Assembly: GCF_009914755.1 (NCBI RefSeq)
Contig: NC_060935.1
Source of the DNA: the human T2T-CHM13v2.0 reference genome, Homo sapiens
Length of the DNA stretch: 64,000 nucleotides
Reading direction: 5' to 3' (one strand)
In this document: one piece after another, positions 1 through 14,124 of the stretch
How positions within the stretch are numbered: position 1 is the first letter of the stretch
Layout: the number at the start of each line of letters is the position of its first letter
The notes under the pieces: generated by a model
What the model saw: only the letters and a program-made list of their open reading frames with translations
The model's database searches: none
What the model was told of the DNA's origin: nothing
Translations under genes and position numbers: made by a program

Positions 1-848
<848 letters not shown>

Positions 849-859
849 TTTTTAAAGAC

Positions 860-1498
860 CTGAGATTTAGATTCCTTGGCAGAAAAAGATATCCACAAAA
901 TATCACTAAAAACCTTTTAACAGAGAACACAGATATATCTCCATGTCTTGGTTTTTAGCATCTATAATGAAATACTAGAACATTGTCTCTTAAGATTACT
1001 TTTTATGAAAAGGAGAAACTTAGACCAAATGAAATCTATATTTTCCATGCTTTTAATAAAAGAAACTTTTGTTCTCAGAAAAATATTATAATATGCCCCC
1101 TTGATATTTTCTACTTTGTTTCCCAGTGTTTTGTAATAGTAATACCGGTTGTATCTTTATAAAATATATAGTTAATGATTCATAACTATGCAAGAATAAA
1201 TGTTTTACATGGCACTACATTAGATGAATCCAAATAAAATTTACTAAACAGCTGGTTGCTCCCACCATGTAAAATCAAGTTGCAATTTCAATAAGTAAAT
1301 AAATTATTGTTTACATTACCATTGCCTCTTGACCTCAATGTCAGAGTATATAGTAAAAGAAGTTAGCAACTTAACTTTTGTTAACATGTGACTTAGCTAT
1401 AACATAACATTTGCAAATATTCTGAGCTGGCCAATTTCTTATCTTTTTAATCTATTTTCTAAATTTGAATTAAACCCATGTCAGTTATCAGAAAACTC
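860..1498 (-). pseudogene. Three further candidate relic exons: 1320-1498 (one frameshift), 1146-1185 (YESLTIYFIKIQP), 860-961 (MLKTKTWRYICVLC*KVFSDILWISFSAKESKSQ)
   Basis: AG/GT-bounded; junction phases 2/2 and 0/0 match if a 1-nt deletion in 1320-1498 is allowed. Confidence 0.45.
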
Positions 1499-1580
1499 CT
1501 ACATCTTGACAAACATCTGGATTCTCTCATCAGTGATCTCTGTGGCATGTTACTATTAACCTCCAACAGGAACCAATAAC

Positions 1581-1876
1581 TTTTTTTATTTTTTGAGATA
1601 GAGTCTTACTCTGTTGCCCAGGCTGTAGCGCAATGGCTTGATCTCAGCTGACTGCACCCTCCGCCTCCTGGGTTCAAGCAATTCTCCCACCTCAGCCTCC
1701 CAAGTAGCTGGGAATACAGGCAAGCGCCACCACACCCAGCTAATTTTTGTATTTTTAGTACAGACGAGGTTTTACCATGTTGGCCAGGCTGGTCTTGAAC
1801 TCCTGACCTCAGGTGATCCACCAGCCTTGGCCTCCCCAAGTGCTGGGATTACAGGCGTGAGCCACCTCACCCAGCC
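1581..1876 (-). mobile_element. AluS (Sx-like)
   Basis: T tail, full dimer, tcctgacctcaggtgatcca; degenerate TSD aaccaataac/aactagtaac. Confidence 0.95.
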
Positions 1877-1948
1877 TAGTAACTAGTAACTCTTTAAGAG
1901 AACATCGCCACAGTGCTTTAGAAACATTTAAACGCTAAATATTACATC

Positions 1949-2095
1949 TGTGGCAGAAACCAGCCCACTTAACCTGTGTCCTCCTCTCCCTGGGAATACA
2001 GCTAAACCATATTTCACAGCCTTTCTTGAAACTTAGCTGAGAACAAATAACTGAGTTCTAGCTAATGAAATATGATGGAAGTTATGTGCACACTT
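1949..2095 (+). mobile_element. Old MLT1 (ERVL-MaLR) LTR fragment
   Basis: tgtggcaga start, atttcacagcctttcttg and ctgagttctagctaatgaaatatg motifs. Confidence 0.55.
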
Positions 2096-2130
2096 TAGCA
2101 GTATCCTAACTAATATAACCTAGGATTTAC

Positions 2131-2183
2131 CTATTGAGTAATATCCGTTTTCTGGAAGATGGGTTTTTTTTCTTCAGATTATC
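2131..2183 (-). pseudogene. Relic exon (53 nt, phase 0-2, open): DNLKKKNPSSRKRILLN(R)
   Basis: Very strong acceptor ttttttccttttgtttttag, donor TAG|gtaaat. Confidence 0.65.
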
Positions 2184-2289
2184 CTAAAAACAAAAGGAAA
2201 AAATTTGAAGAAATAACTCTGGGTATTTAATATTATATTTTTAAATTATCATGAGTTATCAAACACATCTTATGTATATCTCCAGACTC

Positions 2290-2920
2290 ACTTGGTCTTC
2301 CTGCCTCCCAGACGCAGAGATGCTTATTCCACCTCTAGCTGCCACCAAACTAACGCCCTTCAGGTACACTCAATTCCACTGCCTGGGACCAACCAATACC
2401 TAATTCACTAGGTGATTCTTTTTGGCTGACATTCTCAAAGCTAAGTCAACCAGGCACATGTATAGGGTTCTGGGCTGTCTCACAACTTCTGTACTCAGTT
2501 AAAATGTTTGTACCCAGTTAAAATGCAGAGCATGGAATCTATCTGCCCGACTAGCTCCTGTCAGTATTAGATGATGCAGAACAGGTGTGCACAAGGGGAT
2601 GAACTTGCTCAGGGTGTGAACTTCCACCAGTAAGAAATAAGAGACAAATGGAGGCACACAGATAAATTTGCTCCCCTCTTTTATCCAAAGCATGGTTTCT
2701 TCATACAGCCAATCTGGAAATGTCCCATATGGCTATGCAGATGCAGATGTATTTGGCAAGAATATAGTTCCATCAAAGCTTAGCATAAAGCAATGAAAAC
2801 TGAGTACATATCATCTTACCTTGCCTCCTATTCTTTCCTCTCTCACTTCCTTTTTCTCTTACTCATGATGCCAAGCGATTGAACCAAAATCGGTTTGCTA
2901 GAGAAACTGGCCTCAAACAG
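2290..2920 (+). mobile_element. Old ERVL LTR remnant (LTR16/33-like)
   Basis: Pyrimidine-rich ccttgcctcctattcttt...cttactc and terminal gagaaactggcctcaaaca. Confidence 0.4.
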
Positions 2921-2929
2921 TCCCTGACC

Positions 2930-3965
2930 TTACTAACCATTAAAGGTCAGTAAGCCTCCTTGGAGAAGTAGGACATAAGGCAACATCACCTCGTAGTGCC
3001 AGCAAGCAAGAAAGTTGAAAAGACAAATGGGGTCATGACACAAGATCAATCTTGAAAATGTTCCCAGTGGAATTTGAAAGATACATAAAATATTGGAAAA
3101 CCCTCATTTTGCAATGCCTAATGAAATATTCATTGGGGTTGTATTTATCAGTGGATGCTAAAACAGTTACAAGAATAGTTGATGAGGAATCTGACATTGG
3201 ATTTTCATCACCTGATCCTAATTAATTTTAGCATCACTAAAAGTGGGACAATCACACATTGTCAATCACCTGATGTAATACAATATGAAGCATATAATAC
3301 CACCACAAAGAATTCCTGATCCAACAAAACCCCTGAATCCTGAATTTCATCAACTTCTATGTCTATCAGTTGCAGAAAACATAAATTTGAAAATGTGTTA
3401 TATGAGATCATGAATTGGTCAAATATGTGATTGGAGATATTCTTCAGGATATAGTTTATTTTGCATGTCAATAATATGAGAGGAAATAGACTAGAAGATT
3501 AGTGGAGGCGCCTATTCAAAGGAAATAAAAAATATAAAATGCAAAGGCCTGTTTGAATTCTGCTTTAAATAAATCATTCATAATAAACAATACCTTTTAA
3601 TGACCAGGGAAAATTATATATAAAGTAGATAGAAAATGATATACTAATTTTGTTAGGTGTGATAAGATACTGTAATTGTTTTAGATAGAAAATTTTTAGA
3701 GAAAGACATGAAATAACGTAACAGGAATTTACTTTAAAACATTGCAGAGGAAAAGCAAGGAAGGAAAGAAAAGAGGGATGGAGGGAAGGAGTGCGAACAG
3801 GGGGAAGGAAGAAAAGAGAAAAATTATGAAAGGGATAGACAAAGCAAGCATGGCAAAATGTTGATAATTGTTCAATCAAGGAGATAGGTCCATGGAGGTT
3901 TCTCATACTATTTTCTCCAATTTTACTTGTTTGAAAATGTTCGCAATGAAAGCCTGTAAAATAAT
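2930..3965 (+). mobile_element. Ancient L1ME/MC 3' region
   Basis: gcatcactaaaagtgggacaa, ggcaaaatgttgataattgtt, catactattttctc...tttgaaaatgtt motifs. Confidence 0.65.
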
Positions 3966-4095
3966 TTTCAGAATACAAGAAAAGGGAAGAAGCAAAATGG
4001 TCCTTGCATACACACTTTGAAGGAAGAAAATCAATGTTACTTGAGGCAAAGTTTTGAATTTAAAATAAAAATCTAATGTATGTGAACATTTATAC

Positions 4096-4175
4096 TGACT
4101 TCCATATGATTTTTATTGGTGATCTATTATCAGAAACAGTCTTTGCAAATTTACTTAAATATGTAAAATACCAAC
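4096..4175 (-). pseudogene. Relic exon (80 nt, phase 1-0, open): WYFTYLSKFAKTVSDNRSPIKIIWKS
   Basis: Acceptor ttttttaaatttttag, donor TCA|gtataa. Confidence 0.55.
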
Positions 4176-4214
4176 CTAAAAATTTAAAAAATTTAAGGTC
4201 AGAGTTTTGTTTCA

Positions 4215-4640
4215 TATTATTTTTTGATATATCATAGTTGTACATATTTTTGGAGTACATGTACTATTTTGATACATGTATCCTAATGATCAAATTATAC
4301 ATTGTATAATTTGGGTTAATTGGGATATCCATCATTTTAAACATCAATTTTTTCTTTGTGTTGGAAACATTACAAGCCTATTCTTTTAGCCATTTTGAAA
4401 TATATATGTATATAAATTATTCTTAACTATAATTTATCTGCTGTACTATCAAACACTAGATCCATTCCTTCTATTGTACTGTATTTTGTACTCATTAACC
4501 AACTTTTCTTCATCCTCCCACGGCGTCTCCTTCTCACCCTCTGGTAAACACCATTCTATCCCCCACCTCCATGAGATCCATTTTTTTAGCTCTCACATGT
4601 GAGTGAGAACATGTGATGTTTTTCTTTCTGTGCCTCACTA
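4215..4640 (-). mobile_element. L1MA-type 3' end
   Basis: gtacatattt, ttgggatatccatc, ctccatgagatcca, tgagtgagaacatg. Confidence 0.8.
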
Positions 4641-4879
4641 AATATTATTTAATGTGAAATTCTAAAATCAAAATTCTAATTTAAATAAAATTTTTGCAAA
4701 TAATTATACTCTTCTGCTATCTGTTACAGATAATTTATTTACCCAATAGCTATTTGAAAATTTTAATTTCAAAACTACTAAAAATGCCCTTCTCTTTATA
4801 CACTCTCTTTTCTCAATTTCTACAACTCTTTTTTTCCATATTGTTCTCTACCCGCTCTCATGGGTCATGTCCTTCCCAT

Positions 4880-5913
4880 CCGTGTTTATGGGCTCTACTT
4901 TCTCTGTCCCTGGATGCAATGTTCCCCAGAGTTTCTTTTTTATACACCCTCCTGTATCACTTAACCACTTTCCTTGAGGGATGTCATTTCCTGTCAAGGC
5001 TTCAATCACCTTGAATGCTATTGATTCCCAAATCTACATTTCCAACCTTGACCTCTCTCTCTTGAGCTCCAGGGCAGTATACATTAAATGCTTCTAGGCC
5101 ATCCAGGGTTGGATGTCTTAATAGTTCAGCAGGTGAAAAAATACCCAAAATTGAACTTATCATCTTCTCTAGCCTCCTCATCTTTTATAATTCCTGAATT
5201 TTATAAGTGGCTATTTAAAATAGTAACTTGGGAGTCATCATAGTCCACATACAATAGCATCATCATACTGTTTTAATTTTTCCTCTTTAATAAGTTTTAA
5301 ATTTGTCACCATCCCTAGTTGAGCTCTTGTTATTTCTCAACCATCTTTTGACTGGACTTTTCTCCACCTTCAACCCACTCCAGCTTCTTAGTGAAACCTG
5401 CCATCAAATTTGTATTTTTGCTAAGGCAGACCTAGACATGACACTTTCCTGGTTAAAATTATTTGGAGACTCCTTCTCACTTTCAGAATGAAGTCCACAT
5501 GCCTTAGTATTTTGTACAAAGTCTTTCATGATCTGATACTCTATTTTTTCCAACCACATTGTTCACAATTTCAGCCATCCTAAACTTCTATGTTTTCCCT
5601 TCTTCCTAGACTGCCTTTCTGTCATTTTACAGAGCTGGCTAGCTCCAAGACTCAATTCTTTAAAGTACTCTGACCCTCTTCATCCTCTTTCATCTGCTGC
5701 ATCCCCAAATAAAGATAAGAGTTCTGCTGTATGTGCTATCTTAATAAACCATGTTATTCCCTTTATTGAATTTTATTAAAGTTATTTATATGCATCTGTC
5801 TCATTCACAATAAACTTTTAAAGGGCAAGAACCACAATCTCTATATCCCAGCACCTAATACACTACCTAATATGTAAAAGGCACTCAATAAGTATTTATC
5901 AAATGAATGAATA
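4880..5913 (+). mobile_element. L2 3' fragment
   Basis: cccaaatctacatttccaaccttgacctctc...gagctccag; terminal gcactcaataagtattt..aatgaatga. Confidence 0.75.
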
Positions 5914-6036
5914 CATAGATTAATGTATCATATAAATTTAAAGCTATTTCTCAAATCAATTTTAACTACCCTCATTGCCATTTGTAAAATTGTTTGGAAG
6001 GCACTGCTTTTTATGTGATATATTTTCTAAACTCAC

Positions 6037-6098
6037 AGCAAGTTTAGAAATCAGATCACATTGCCATTTGATTATTGGATTATAAAATTTCTGAAATA
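6037..6098 (-). pseudogene. Relic exon: FQKFYNPIIKWQCDLISKLA
   Basis: Strong acceptor tttttcttgccatctatag (alternative AG at 6091-6092), donor GCT|gtgagt; open frame. Confidence 0.6.
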
Positions 6099-6804
6099 CT
6101 ATAGATGGCAAGAAAAATGACAGAAATTTCACAGAAACAAACAATAGTGAAAACAGAAAATTGAGAATTCTGTTAACTCACATAGTGATTTTGTACTTTC
6201 TTTTTCCTTAACCAAGGAGGGAAATAAAACTATCTACTTTAGAATGAAGAGTGATTGAGTATGAAGCACATAAAGTGGTTCAAGGAAAAAGAATGGGAGA
6301 AAAAAAAAAAGCCAGATTAATATAAAGAAAAATGCCAAGGAAAAAAATATTCATTTAATCTTTACTTAAACTGGAAGGGAAAAAAAAGGCAAAAACAGGT
6401 CAAAGGATTCTTAGTTTCAAAGTCTTTCAAACAATAGGAAGACAATCAAAATGCATCAATGCAACTGAAAAATTCTTTAAACCACTTGTGTATTTATTGA
6501 CCTTACAGAAAAGCAAGGCTCAAATAAGAACATAGGGAAGATGCATACCTCTTAGATTCACAGATATCTATAATTTTATTTACTATTAGAGGATAAATGT
6601 CAGCTCTTGCAGCACACAAGCAGATAACTGTTACTTATCACTTACCACCTTCTACCATTCATAGCCACTATTTCAAGCTTTCCTAAATCCTCCTGTCCCT
6701 GTAATCTCAGCAGCTGGCAAACTCAAGAAAGCAGAAAATCAAGGCCTCCTGGTATCAATACTCTTAACTCCCTTCCTTTTATCTCCAAATCGAAATGAAA
6801 ATGC

Positions 6805-7330
6805 CTCCTACATGTCAGGCACTATTCTAGATCCTGGGGACACTGCAAGAACATGGCAGATAAGGTACCTACATTTATGGCATTTATTTTTGATAGGAAA
6901 CAGACAATAAAATAAGCACAATTATCTTAGACAGTGGTACACCCTATGAGGACAATTAAATAGCAATGCAGAAGAAAATAATTTAGGGAAAGGATTACTT
7001 AGAAACAATTTTTAAGAGATTGCTAAGATGACATTTGCTTTGAGGCCTGAATGCTGAAAAGATAGATATGCAATGATTGCAGGGAAGCGTTTTTTTAGGC
7101 AGAAGAAGAAACTAGTGCAAAGGTCTAGGCAAAAAAGAGCCTGATTTACTCAAGGAGGAGAGAGTATATCTGGAATGGAATAAGGGATTTGTGAGAGTGG
7201 TAGAAGAAGCCAGAGAGTTAAACAGAGGTTAAGCAAAATGGGTCTCGAAAGCCATGGTAAGAAGTTTGAATTTTACTGCCAGTGAAATCGGAAGTTCATC
7301 ACTAGAACATTTTAAGAAGTTAAGTTGCAT
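6805..7330 (-). mobile_element. L2 fragment
   Basis: catgtcaggcactattctag, gacatttgctttgaggcctgaa, gccatggtaagaagtttgaatttta. Confidence 0.7.
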
Positions 7331-7929
7331 GAGCTGCTGATTTGCAGCCATGCTTATCTCAGAAGAAGATGTCTCTGCTGCTCTGATGATGTTATATCAT
7401 CCCGGCCTCTTCTAGGACCTAGATGTATCAGTTATCCCCTCTCTCTTCTATAATTTCAAACATCTCCTTCTCACTGGCTCCTTTCAAAGGCATCGTGTTA
7501 GATGGAGGAAAAGAAAGACTTTGAAATCATTTATCTCTGGGCTTGACTTGATTCTACCTCTTAACATAGCAAGCAAATTGACTACGGTCATAAGTCTTGG
7601 TTTTCTCATTTGATGTGGGAAATATAATACCCACCTTCAGAGAATTACTATGAGGGCTAGATATTTTTACACAAGTAAAAGCCCTGATATATATTAGTTA
7701 CCTATCTTTTCCCTCAATTTCCTAACATCTATTTCAAAATACAACAACAAAACTCATCTCTTCTACTTCTAGCTATTACCATATCTTCTCATCTATCTAT
7801 AGCAAAATTTCCTAAAGAATAATCCACATTCATGCTCTATGCTTCATCACCTTCCATTCATGTTCCAAGCTCTTAAATCAGGCTTTTACTCCCATTGAAG
7901 TTGCTTTGAAAAGGATCATCAATGACCAT

Positions 7930-8100
7930 GTGCCAGTATGGGTCCTCCAATAACCAGACATCAATGTAGTATTAATTGTATGAAAAATGTATTGGGAGAA
8001 ATGCTTGTGATGGATGACGGTAGGAAGCAGGAGTAGGTAGGAAGAGTTTTCAGACTACCATGTGAATCCTATACTTGAGAAAGGAAAGGGCCAGTTCAGG
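7930..8100 (-). mobile_element. LTR33-like ERVL LTR fragment
   Basis: gggtcctcca..cagac, tattgggagaaatgcttgtga, ggaagcaggagtagg. Confidence 0.5.
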
Positions 8101-8219
8101 AAACAGAAAGGATACCTATGTGGCTGACTGAGGTGGAGGGAGTGAGTGAGCATCAGGAGAGCAGCAAGATCAGTGCACCAGGAACTTTAGATTTTATTCT
8201 AACTGTGATAACAAGCCTC

Positions 8220-8372
8220 AGAGAGGTTGGGGGGGAGAGGCAGAGAGGGAGAGAGGGAGAGGTCGAGAGGGGGAGAGGAGGAGAGGAGGATGGGGGAGAG
8301 GGGGAGAGGGGGAGCGGGGGAGCTCGGAAGAAGGGGAGAGAGATAGAGAGAGGGAGGAGAGAAAAGAGAGAG
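8220..8372 (+). repeat. GA-rich polypurine low-complexity tract
   Basis: About 150 nt almost entirely G/A with many G runs. Confidence 0.9.
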
Positions 8373-8800
8373 ACTGGTATCTTGAATAAATACAATCTTT
8401 TGGATTTAATCATTAAGTCGCCTTATATTTACTTTCTACTTTGTTTAGGGTTATTCAGTAGAGAAACTTGTTCATCTACTTTTTTATCAACTTGATGAAG
8501 ACAAAGTATTCCCATAATTTTCTGATTAATCATGGTAAAAATAAGTCTTATGGTCACCTTTACGTCACAAAACCATTGTCTCATTTCAATAATTCAAATG
8601 GTCAAAACATAGAGTAATAAAACTTCCAATTTGATTTAAAGTTAAAAATACTTCATCTACATTTAGGGCCTTCTGTAAATGAAAAGTCTATGATCCAAGA
8701 AGTCCCTTTCCCATTTCTTATAACCTAAGCTTGTGAATCTATCAGGTTCAAAGAGGTAAGATCAGGAAGAAAAAATGAGGAGCGCAAGAAAACTTCTTAC

Positions 8801-8929
8801 TTAACTAGCACTAATGTAAGATGACTTCTTGCTCTCTGAGTTTAGCAGATATTTAAAGCTAATTCTTTGTCTCATTAATACTTCCATGGCTTCTTCCAAG
8901 AGCTCACTGGTTATATTTGATTCCAATTT
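8801..8929 (-). pseudogene. Relic exon H (129 nt, phase 0-0): KLESNITSELLEEAMEVLMRQRISFKYLLNSESKKSSYISAS*
   Basis: Acceptor ctcatgatgtag, donor AA|gtaaga; 42 open codons, last codon TAA. Confidence 0.65.
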
Positions 8930-9705
8930 CTACATCATGAGATATATTTTTCTATGGCTAGTCATTTTCCCTTCAGTCCCACTATTACTCAAGACAATGC
9001 TACTGGGCAGGATTTAAAACAGCTCAAGGACAGCTCTGTGTCCTACATGGCCCACATCTGGACCATGTAAAACATATGCAAATCCTTTACCTACTGAATT
9101 CTGCATGCATAGTCCAAATCCAACATAGTGAGCTTAACTCCAGCATCAGCAACTAGGATGCCCAACTCCAGACGTTTAAACTTCCTAGGTAGAAATATAA
9201 ATAATCTACCCTGTCACACATTCTGCAGACATCACATGTTAAGATCTCTAAATAATCTCAATGAAGGACTTTTATCAAATAATTGGGGGTAGGGAACTCA
9301 TAGCCAGGTTGTCTCCTGAGAATTCCTCTTCAGAAATCCTCTTTGTGAGTATTCCTCTGTCTTGATTAACTTTTTACATTCTTGATGTGGGTAAAATATT
9401 CTAGAATCATGTAGCTAGTTTTGGTTATCTGCATTTGAAATTCCATAAAGGTGCTCTGTTTTCCAATTCCCTTTGCTATATGATGGTTTTTGTCTAAAAG
9501 TATCAGCCAAATAATATTTTAAACACCCTGTTAGGAGTGAAATGGTCAGAGTTATGCTTTTAATGAATTACTTCGGAGACTCTGAAAAGTAGATTGTAGA
9601 GGATGGATGCAAATGTGGAAGCACGAAAAAGGCTATTAGAGTAGCCCAAATGAGAAATAATGGGGATATATACTAGAGCTGTGAAAATAAATTACATGTC
9701 AGATA

Positions 9706-11484
9706 GATGGAAAGATAAACCATGCTCATAGATTAAATTAGTATTGTTAAAATGTTCATACTACCCAAAGTGACCTATAGATTCAGTGTAATCTCTATCA
9801 AAATTCCAAAGACATTTTTCACAGGCATAGAAAAATCAATCCTAAAATTCATATGGAACTACAAAAGACCGCAAATAGCCAAAGCAATCTCAAGGAAAAA
9901 GAATAAACTGGAGGCATCACACTATCTGTCTTCAAAATTTACTGCAAGTCAAGAAAGCATGCTATTGATCTAAAAACAGACACATAGATCAATGAAACAG
10001 AATAAAGAGCCCAGAAATAAATCCATATATTTACAATCAATTGATTTTTGACAAAGGAGCCAAGAACACACAAGGGGGAAAAAATAGTCTCTTCAATAAA
10101 TGGTGCTGGATAAACTGAATATCCACATGCAGAAGAATGAAATTATACCTTATCTCCCACCATATAAAAGAAATCAATCCAAACTGGATTAAAGATGTAA
10201 ACATAAGACCTAAAACTGTAAAACTACTAGAAGAAAACATAAGAGAAAAGTTCCATGACCTTGGTCTGGGCAATGAGTTTATGGATATGACCACAAAAAC
10301 ACAGGCAATGAAAGAAAAAAATGGGATTACATCAAACTAAAAAGCTTTTGCACAGCAAAGGAAACAATCAGAAGAATGAACAGACATCCTACAAAATGGG
10401 AGAAAATATTTGCAAACTATAAATCTGATAAGGGATTAACATTCAAAATATATAAGGAACCCCAGCAACTCAATAGCAAGAAAACAAATTAGCTGATTAA
10501 AAAATGAGCAAAGGACCTGAATGAACATATCTTAAAAGTAGAGATACAAATGCCTAATAGGTATATGAAAAAATGCTCAACCTCACTAATTATCAGGGAA
10601 ACAAAAATCAAAAACTCAACGAGGTACCACCTCACACCTGCTAGAATGACTATTATCAAAAAGTCAAAAGATAACACGCGTCAGTGAGATGAGGAGAAAT
10701 GAGAATCCTTGTACACTGTTGGTGAAAATGTAGATTGGTACGACTATTATAGAAACAGTACGGAGGTTCCTCCAAAATATAAAAATAGAATTACTATATG
10801 ATCCAGCAATCCCACTTCTAGATATATATTCAAAGGAAACAAAATTAATATGCCAAAGAGGTAGCTGCACTTTCATGTTTCTTCACATGCAGCATTATTC
10901 ACAATAGCCAAGAAATTGAATCAACCTAAGCTTTCATCAACAAATGAATGGATAAAGAAAATGTGTATAAACACAATGGAACACTACTCGGTCTTTAAAA
11001 AAAAGAATATCCTTTTATTTGTGACAACATGTATGAACCTAAAGGACATTATGTTGTTAAACCACATACATAAGAACATATACTGCATAGTTTCACTTAT
11101 ATGTAGAATTTCAAAATGCTGAACTCATAGGAGCAGAGAATAGAATGGTAGTTATCAAATGCTGGAGTCAGGACTGGTAGAGGGATTGAGGATATGTTGG
11201 TCATATAATATGAAATTCCAGTTAGACAGGAGGAATAAGTTCAAGAGATGTATTGTATACCATTTGGACTACAGTTAATAACAATATGTTACATACTTAA
11301 AAATTACTAAGTATATTTGTTTTCAACACAGAAAATGATAAGTATGAAGGGTTACATATGTTAAGTGACTTGGGTGAGCCATTTCACAATGCATATATAT
11401 AAACATTATGGTGTACACCATTAATATATTCAATTTTATTTTTTAATTAAAATAAATATTTTTAAATAAATATTTTAAGAAGAC
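9706..11484 (+). mobile_element. 5'-truncated L1MA-type element inserted in an L2
   Basis: ORF2 C-terminal peptides ([36 protein letters not shown]), L1MA 3' UTR; TSD attacatgtcagata (9691-9705) / attacatgctagata (11485-11499). Confidence 0.9.
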
Positions 11485-11499
11485 ATTACATGCTAGATA

Positions 11500-11970
11500 T
11501 AGCCTCAAGATAGAACAAAATATGCTCATAAAGTATATTAAAAGTGTGAGGAAAAGAGATGAACCAGGAACAGTTTCCAGATTTTTATTCTATTAAATAC
11601 GTGAAAGGTACGCCCTTCACTAGATAAAGACAGAGGAAGTCAAGAGTTTAGAAAGGGAAAGAATCAAGACTTCAATTTTAGACATGTTAAATTTGAAATC
11701 ACTATTAGATAACCAAGTAGGAATGTCAAAGGTGCAGTTGGATATTAAAGACTAAGGCTCAAGAGAGTTCTATACATCATTGCCAAATATATTTGTAGAT
11801 CATTAACATAGGAGATATTAAAAACTACTAGACTAGATGAGATTGCCATGGAATTGTAGTAGCATAGCTAGAGGAGAAAACAGAGCAAAAGTTTTGATGG
11901 CCTTCCTGCCCTTCAAAATCCAGATGTTAGAAAGATGAGGAGGAACCAGCAAATTAAGATGGAAGGAATG
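11500..11970 (-). mobile_element. L2 fragment (continuation of 9500-9690)
   Basis: tttagacatgttaaatttgaaat, gactagatgagattgcca, gatgaggaggaaccagcaa. Confidence 0.7.
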
Positions 11971-11979
11971 GTCACCTGG

Positions 11980-12112
11980 GGCCCCGTATAGTGACACACA
12001 CTTGTATTCCCAGTTTCTTGGGATGCTTAGGTGGGAGGATCATTGGAGCCCACGAGTTTACATTCAGCCTTGGGCAAAATAGAGAGATGCTATCTCTTTA
12101 AAAAATAAAAAT
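11980..12112 (+). mobile_element. FLAM (free left Alu monomer)
   Basis: Single ~130 nt monomer, ggtgggaggatcattggagccc, A tail. Confidence 0.75.
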
Positions 12113-12251
12113 TTTAAAGGGAGGTGGTTTCAGTTATCTAGAAACAGAAAGAAGACAATATATAATTTTGCTTCACTATCTTCATTCTTCTCTTTGCTCT
12201 ACAAAAACAACAACTAATGAACAAAGTTGTTTATTTTCAAGGATAAGTTAC

Positions 12252-12328
12252 CAGAGTCAAGCCTTGATGTGCTTCCCCACGTAACTCTAACAGTGCTTTC
12301 AAAAGAAGTACTTTCCTTTTGACTTTGC
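12252..12328 (-). pseudogene. Relic exon G (77 nt, phase 1-0, open): (G)KVKRKVLLLKALLELRGEAHQGLTL
   Basis: Acceptor tattcattaaatag, donor CTG|gtaact. Confidence 0.7.
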
Positions 12329-12568
12329 CTATTTAATGAATACATCCAATCAAGCCACCCTATTAGTGAAAATGGAAAAGAGACATTTTTGAGATGATAA
12401 ATAACTGTAGAGAGAATCTGCAAAGCTTACCACTATAGAATCTCTTTTATATTCAACCTCACAACCAGATTTGTTCAATAGATAGATGAACAGATTTTTT
12501 TTTGTCTTAATGACAAGTTTCCAGCTCAAACTCTAAGGAGAAAATCCATCACACTGGAATCCTGTTAC

Positions 12569-12662
12569 CTCTCAGCTTAATCCATGGAATTACATTCATG
12601 AGAAATTAAGTATCTATCATTCAAAGTACCTCCATTTGCTGGGAAACTGAGGTGGGAAACAC
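12569..12662 (-). pseudogene. Relic exon F (94 nt, phase 0-1): VFPTSVSQQMEVL*MIDT*FLMNVIPWIKLR(G)
   Basis: Acceptor catatgcag, donor GAG|gtaaca; phase 1 end matches exon G. Confidence 0.65.
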
Positions 12663-13485
12663 CTGCATATGTCATAAGCACACATTTCTTGTGTGAAGTG
12701 CCTTTGATTTACTTGAAGTGTTTTTTGAATATGAATGTTGGACAAATAGCAGCTGAATAATCTTCTATATGTTCAAGTCAATAAAGGAACATACTGAATT
12801 ATGAATTCATTATATAATCAGAGGGTCAAACACAGTTCTCTGGGGTAGAAATGAAATCATAACCTAATGCCTTTGTAGGCTCTTAATACAAGCATTCCCC
12901 TAAATCCTACTAGAATAAAAACCCTATTATTCATATATATGAGTACTGAGGCACTGGATTGCTGTATGACTAGGGAAATTTGCCAGATAAACCCCTAATT
13001 ATGTCAATCCCTAGTTCAAATTTTGACTTCTCTGTGAACATTTATTTAGTTTCCCCACTCGTGCTCTCTCCCTTCTCTGCTTGCACAGATTCATATTATT
13101 TTGATAGCACCTATTCTCATTTTCCTGTATTCATCCACTTATAAATCTACTGCTCACAAATCTGGAAACTTAATCATTATTCCCAGAACATGGATTAGTT
13201 CTACAACATAACAGTTCTCCCTAATTGTCTCTGGAATCAGTCTCCCTAATGGTCTCTGGCCATGTGATGAGCTGGAAGGAATCATGCTAAACAGGTAACA
13301 TTTAGTCCTCAGCCCCTAGTTCAGTCTTCAGCTTATCTTGCTGATGGTCCCACTGAAGAAGCATATGAGCTTCTGCCATGCTGACTGTGGTGGATGTCCA
13401 GCACTGTTACAATTTGGTATACACCCCGCACCCCCACGCCTATCCCAACTGCAGTGAATGTTGGCTGAGAACAATTCATAGCTAG

Positions 13486-13884
<399 letters not shown>

Positions 13885-13928
13885 TAGGTCTCTTATCTCA
13901 ATCTCTTACAACATGGGACCTCCCTAGA

Positions 13929-14124
13929 CCTACACTGTTCAATATGGTAGACTTTAACCAGATGTGGCAATTTAAAGTTAATTTTAAATAAATTAACCTG
14001 ATATAAAATTGAAAATTCAAGTGGACTAGTTGTATTTCGCTTGCTCATTTGGTGGCTACCATAACAAACCTTGCAGGTAGAAGACATTTCCTTCATCCTA
14101 GAAAGTTCAATAAGACAGCACTGC
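13929..14124. mobile_element. MER3-like hAT-Charlie MITE
   Basis: ctgttcaatatggtag...atgtggc and gaaagttcaataagacagcactg ends. Confidence 0.65.

Noticed and set aside
6549-6567. 19-nt micro-exon candidate and strong acceptor at 6371
   Set aside because: Could not be placed in frame unambiguously; left out of the model.
8118-8495. 125-aa ORF rich in G/E/R (and antisense S/P/L ORF)
   Set aside because: Translation of the GA low-complexity tract.
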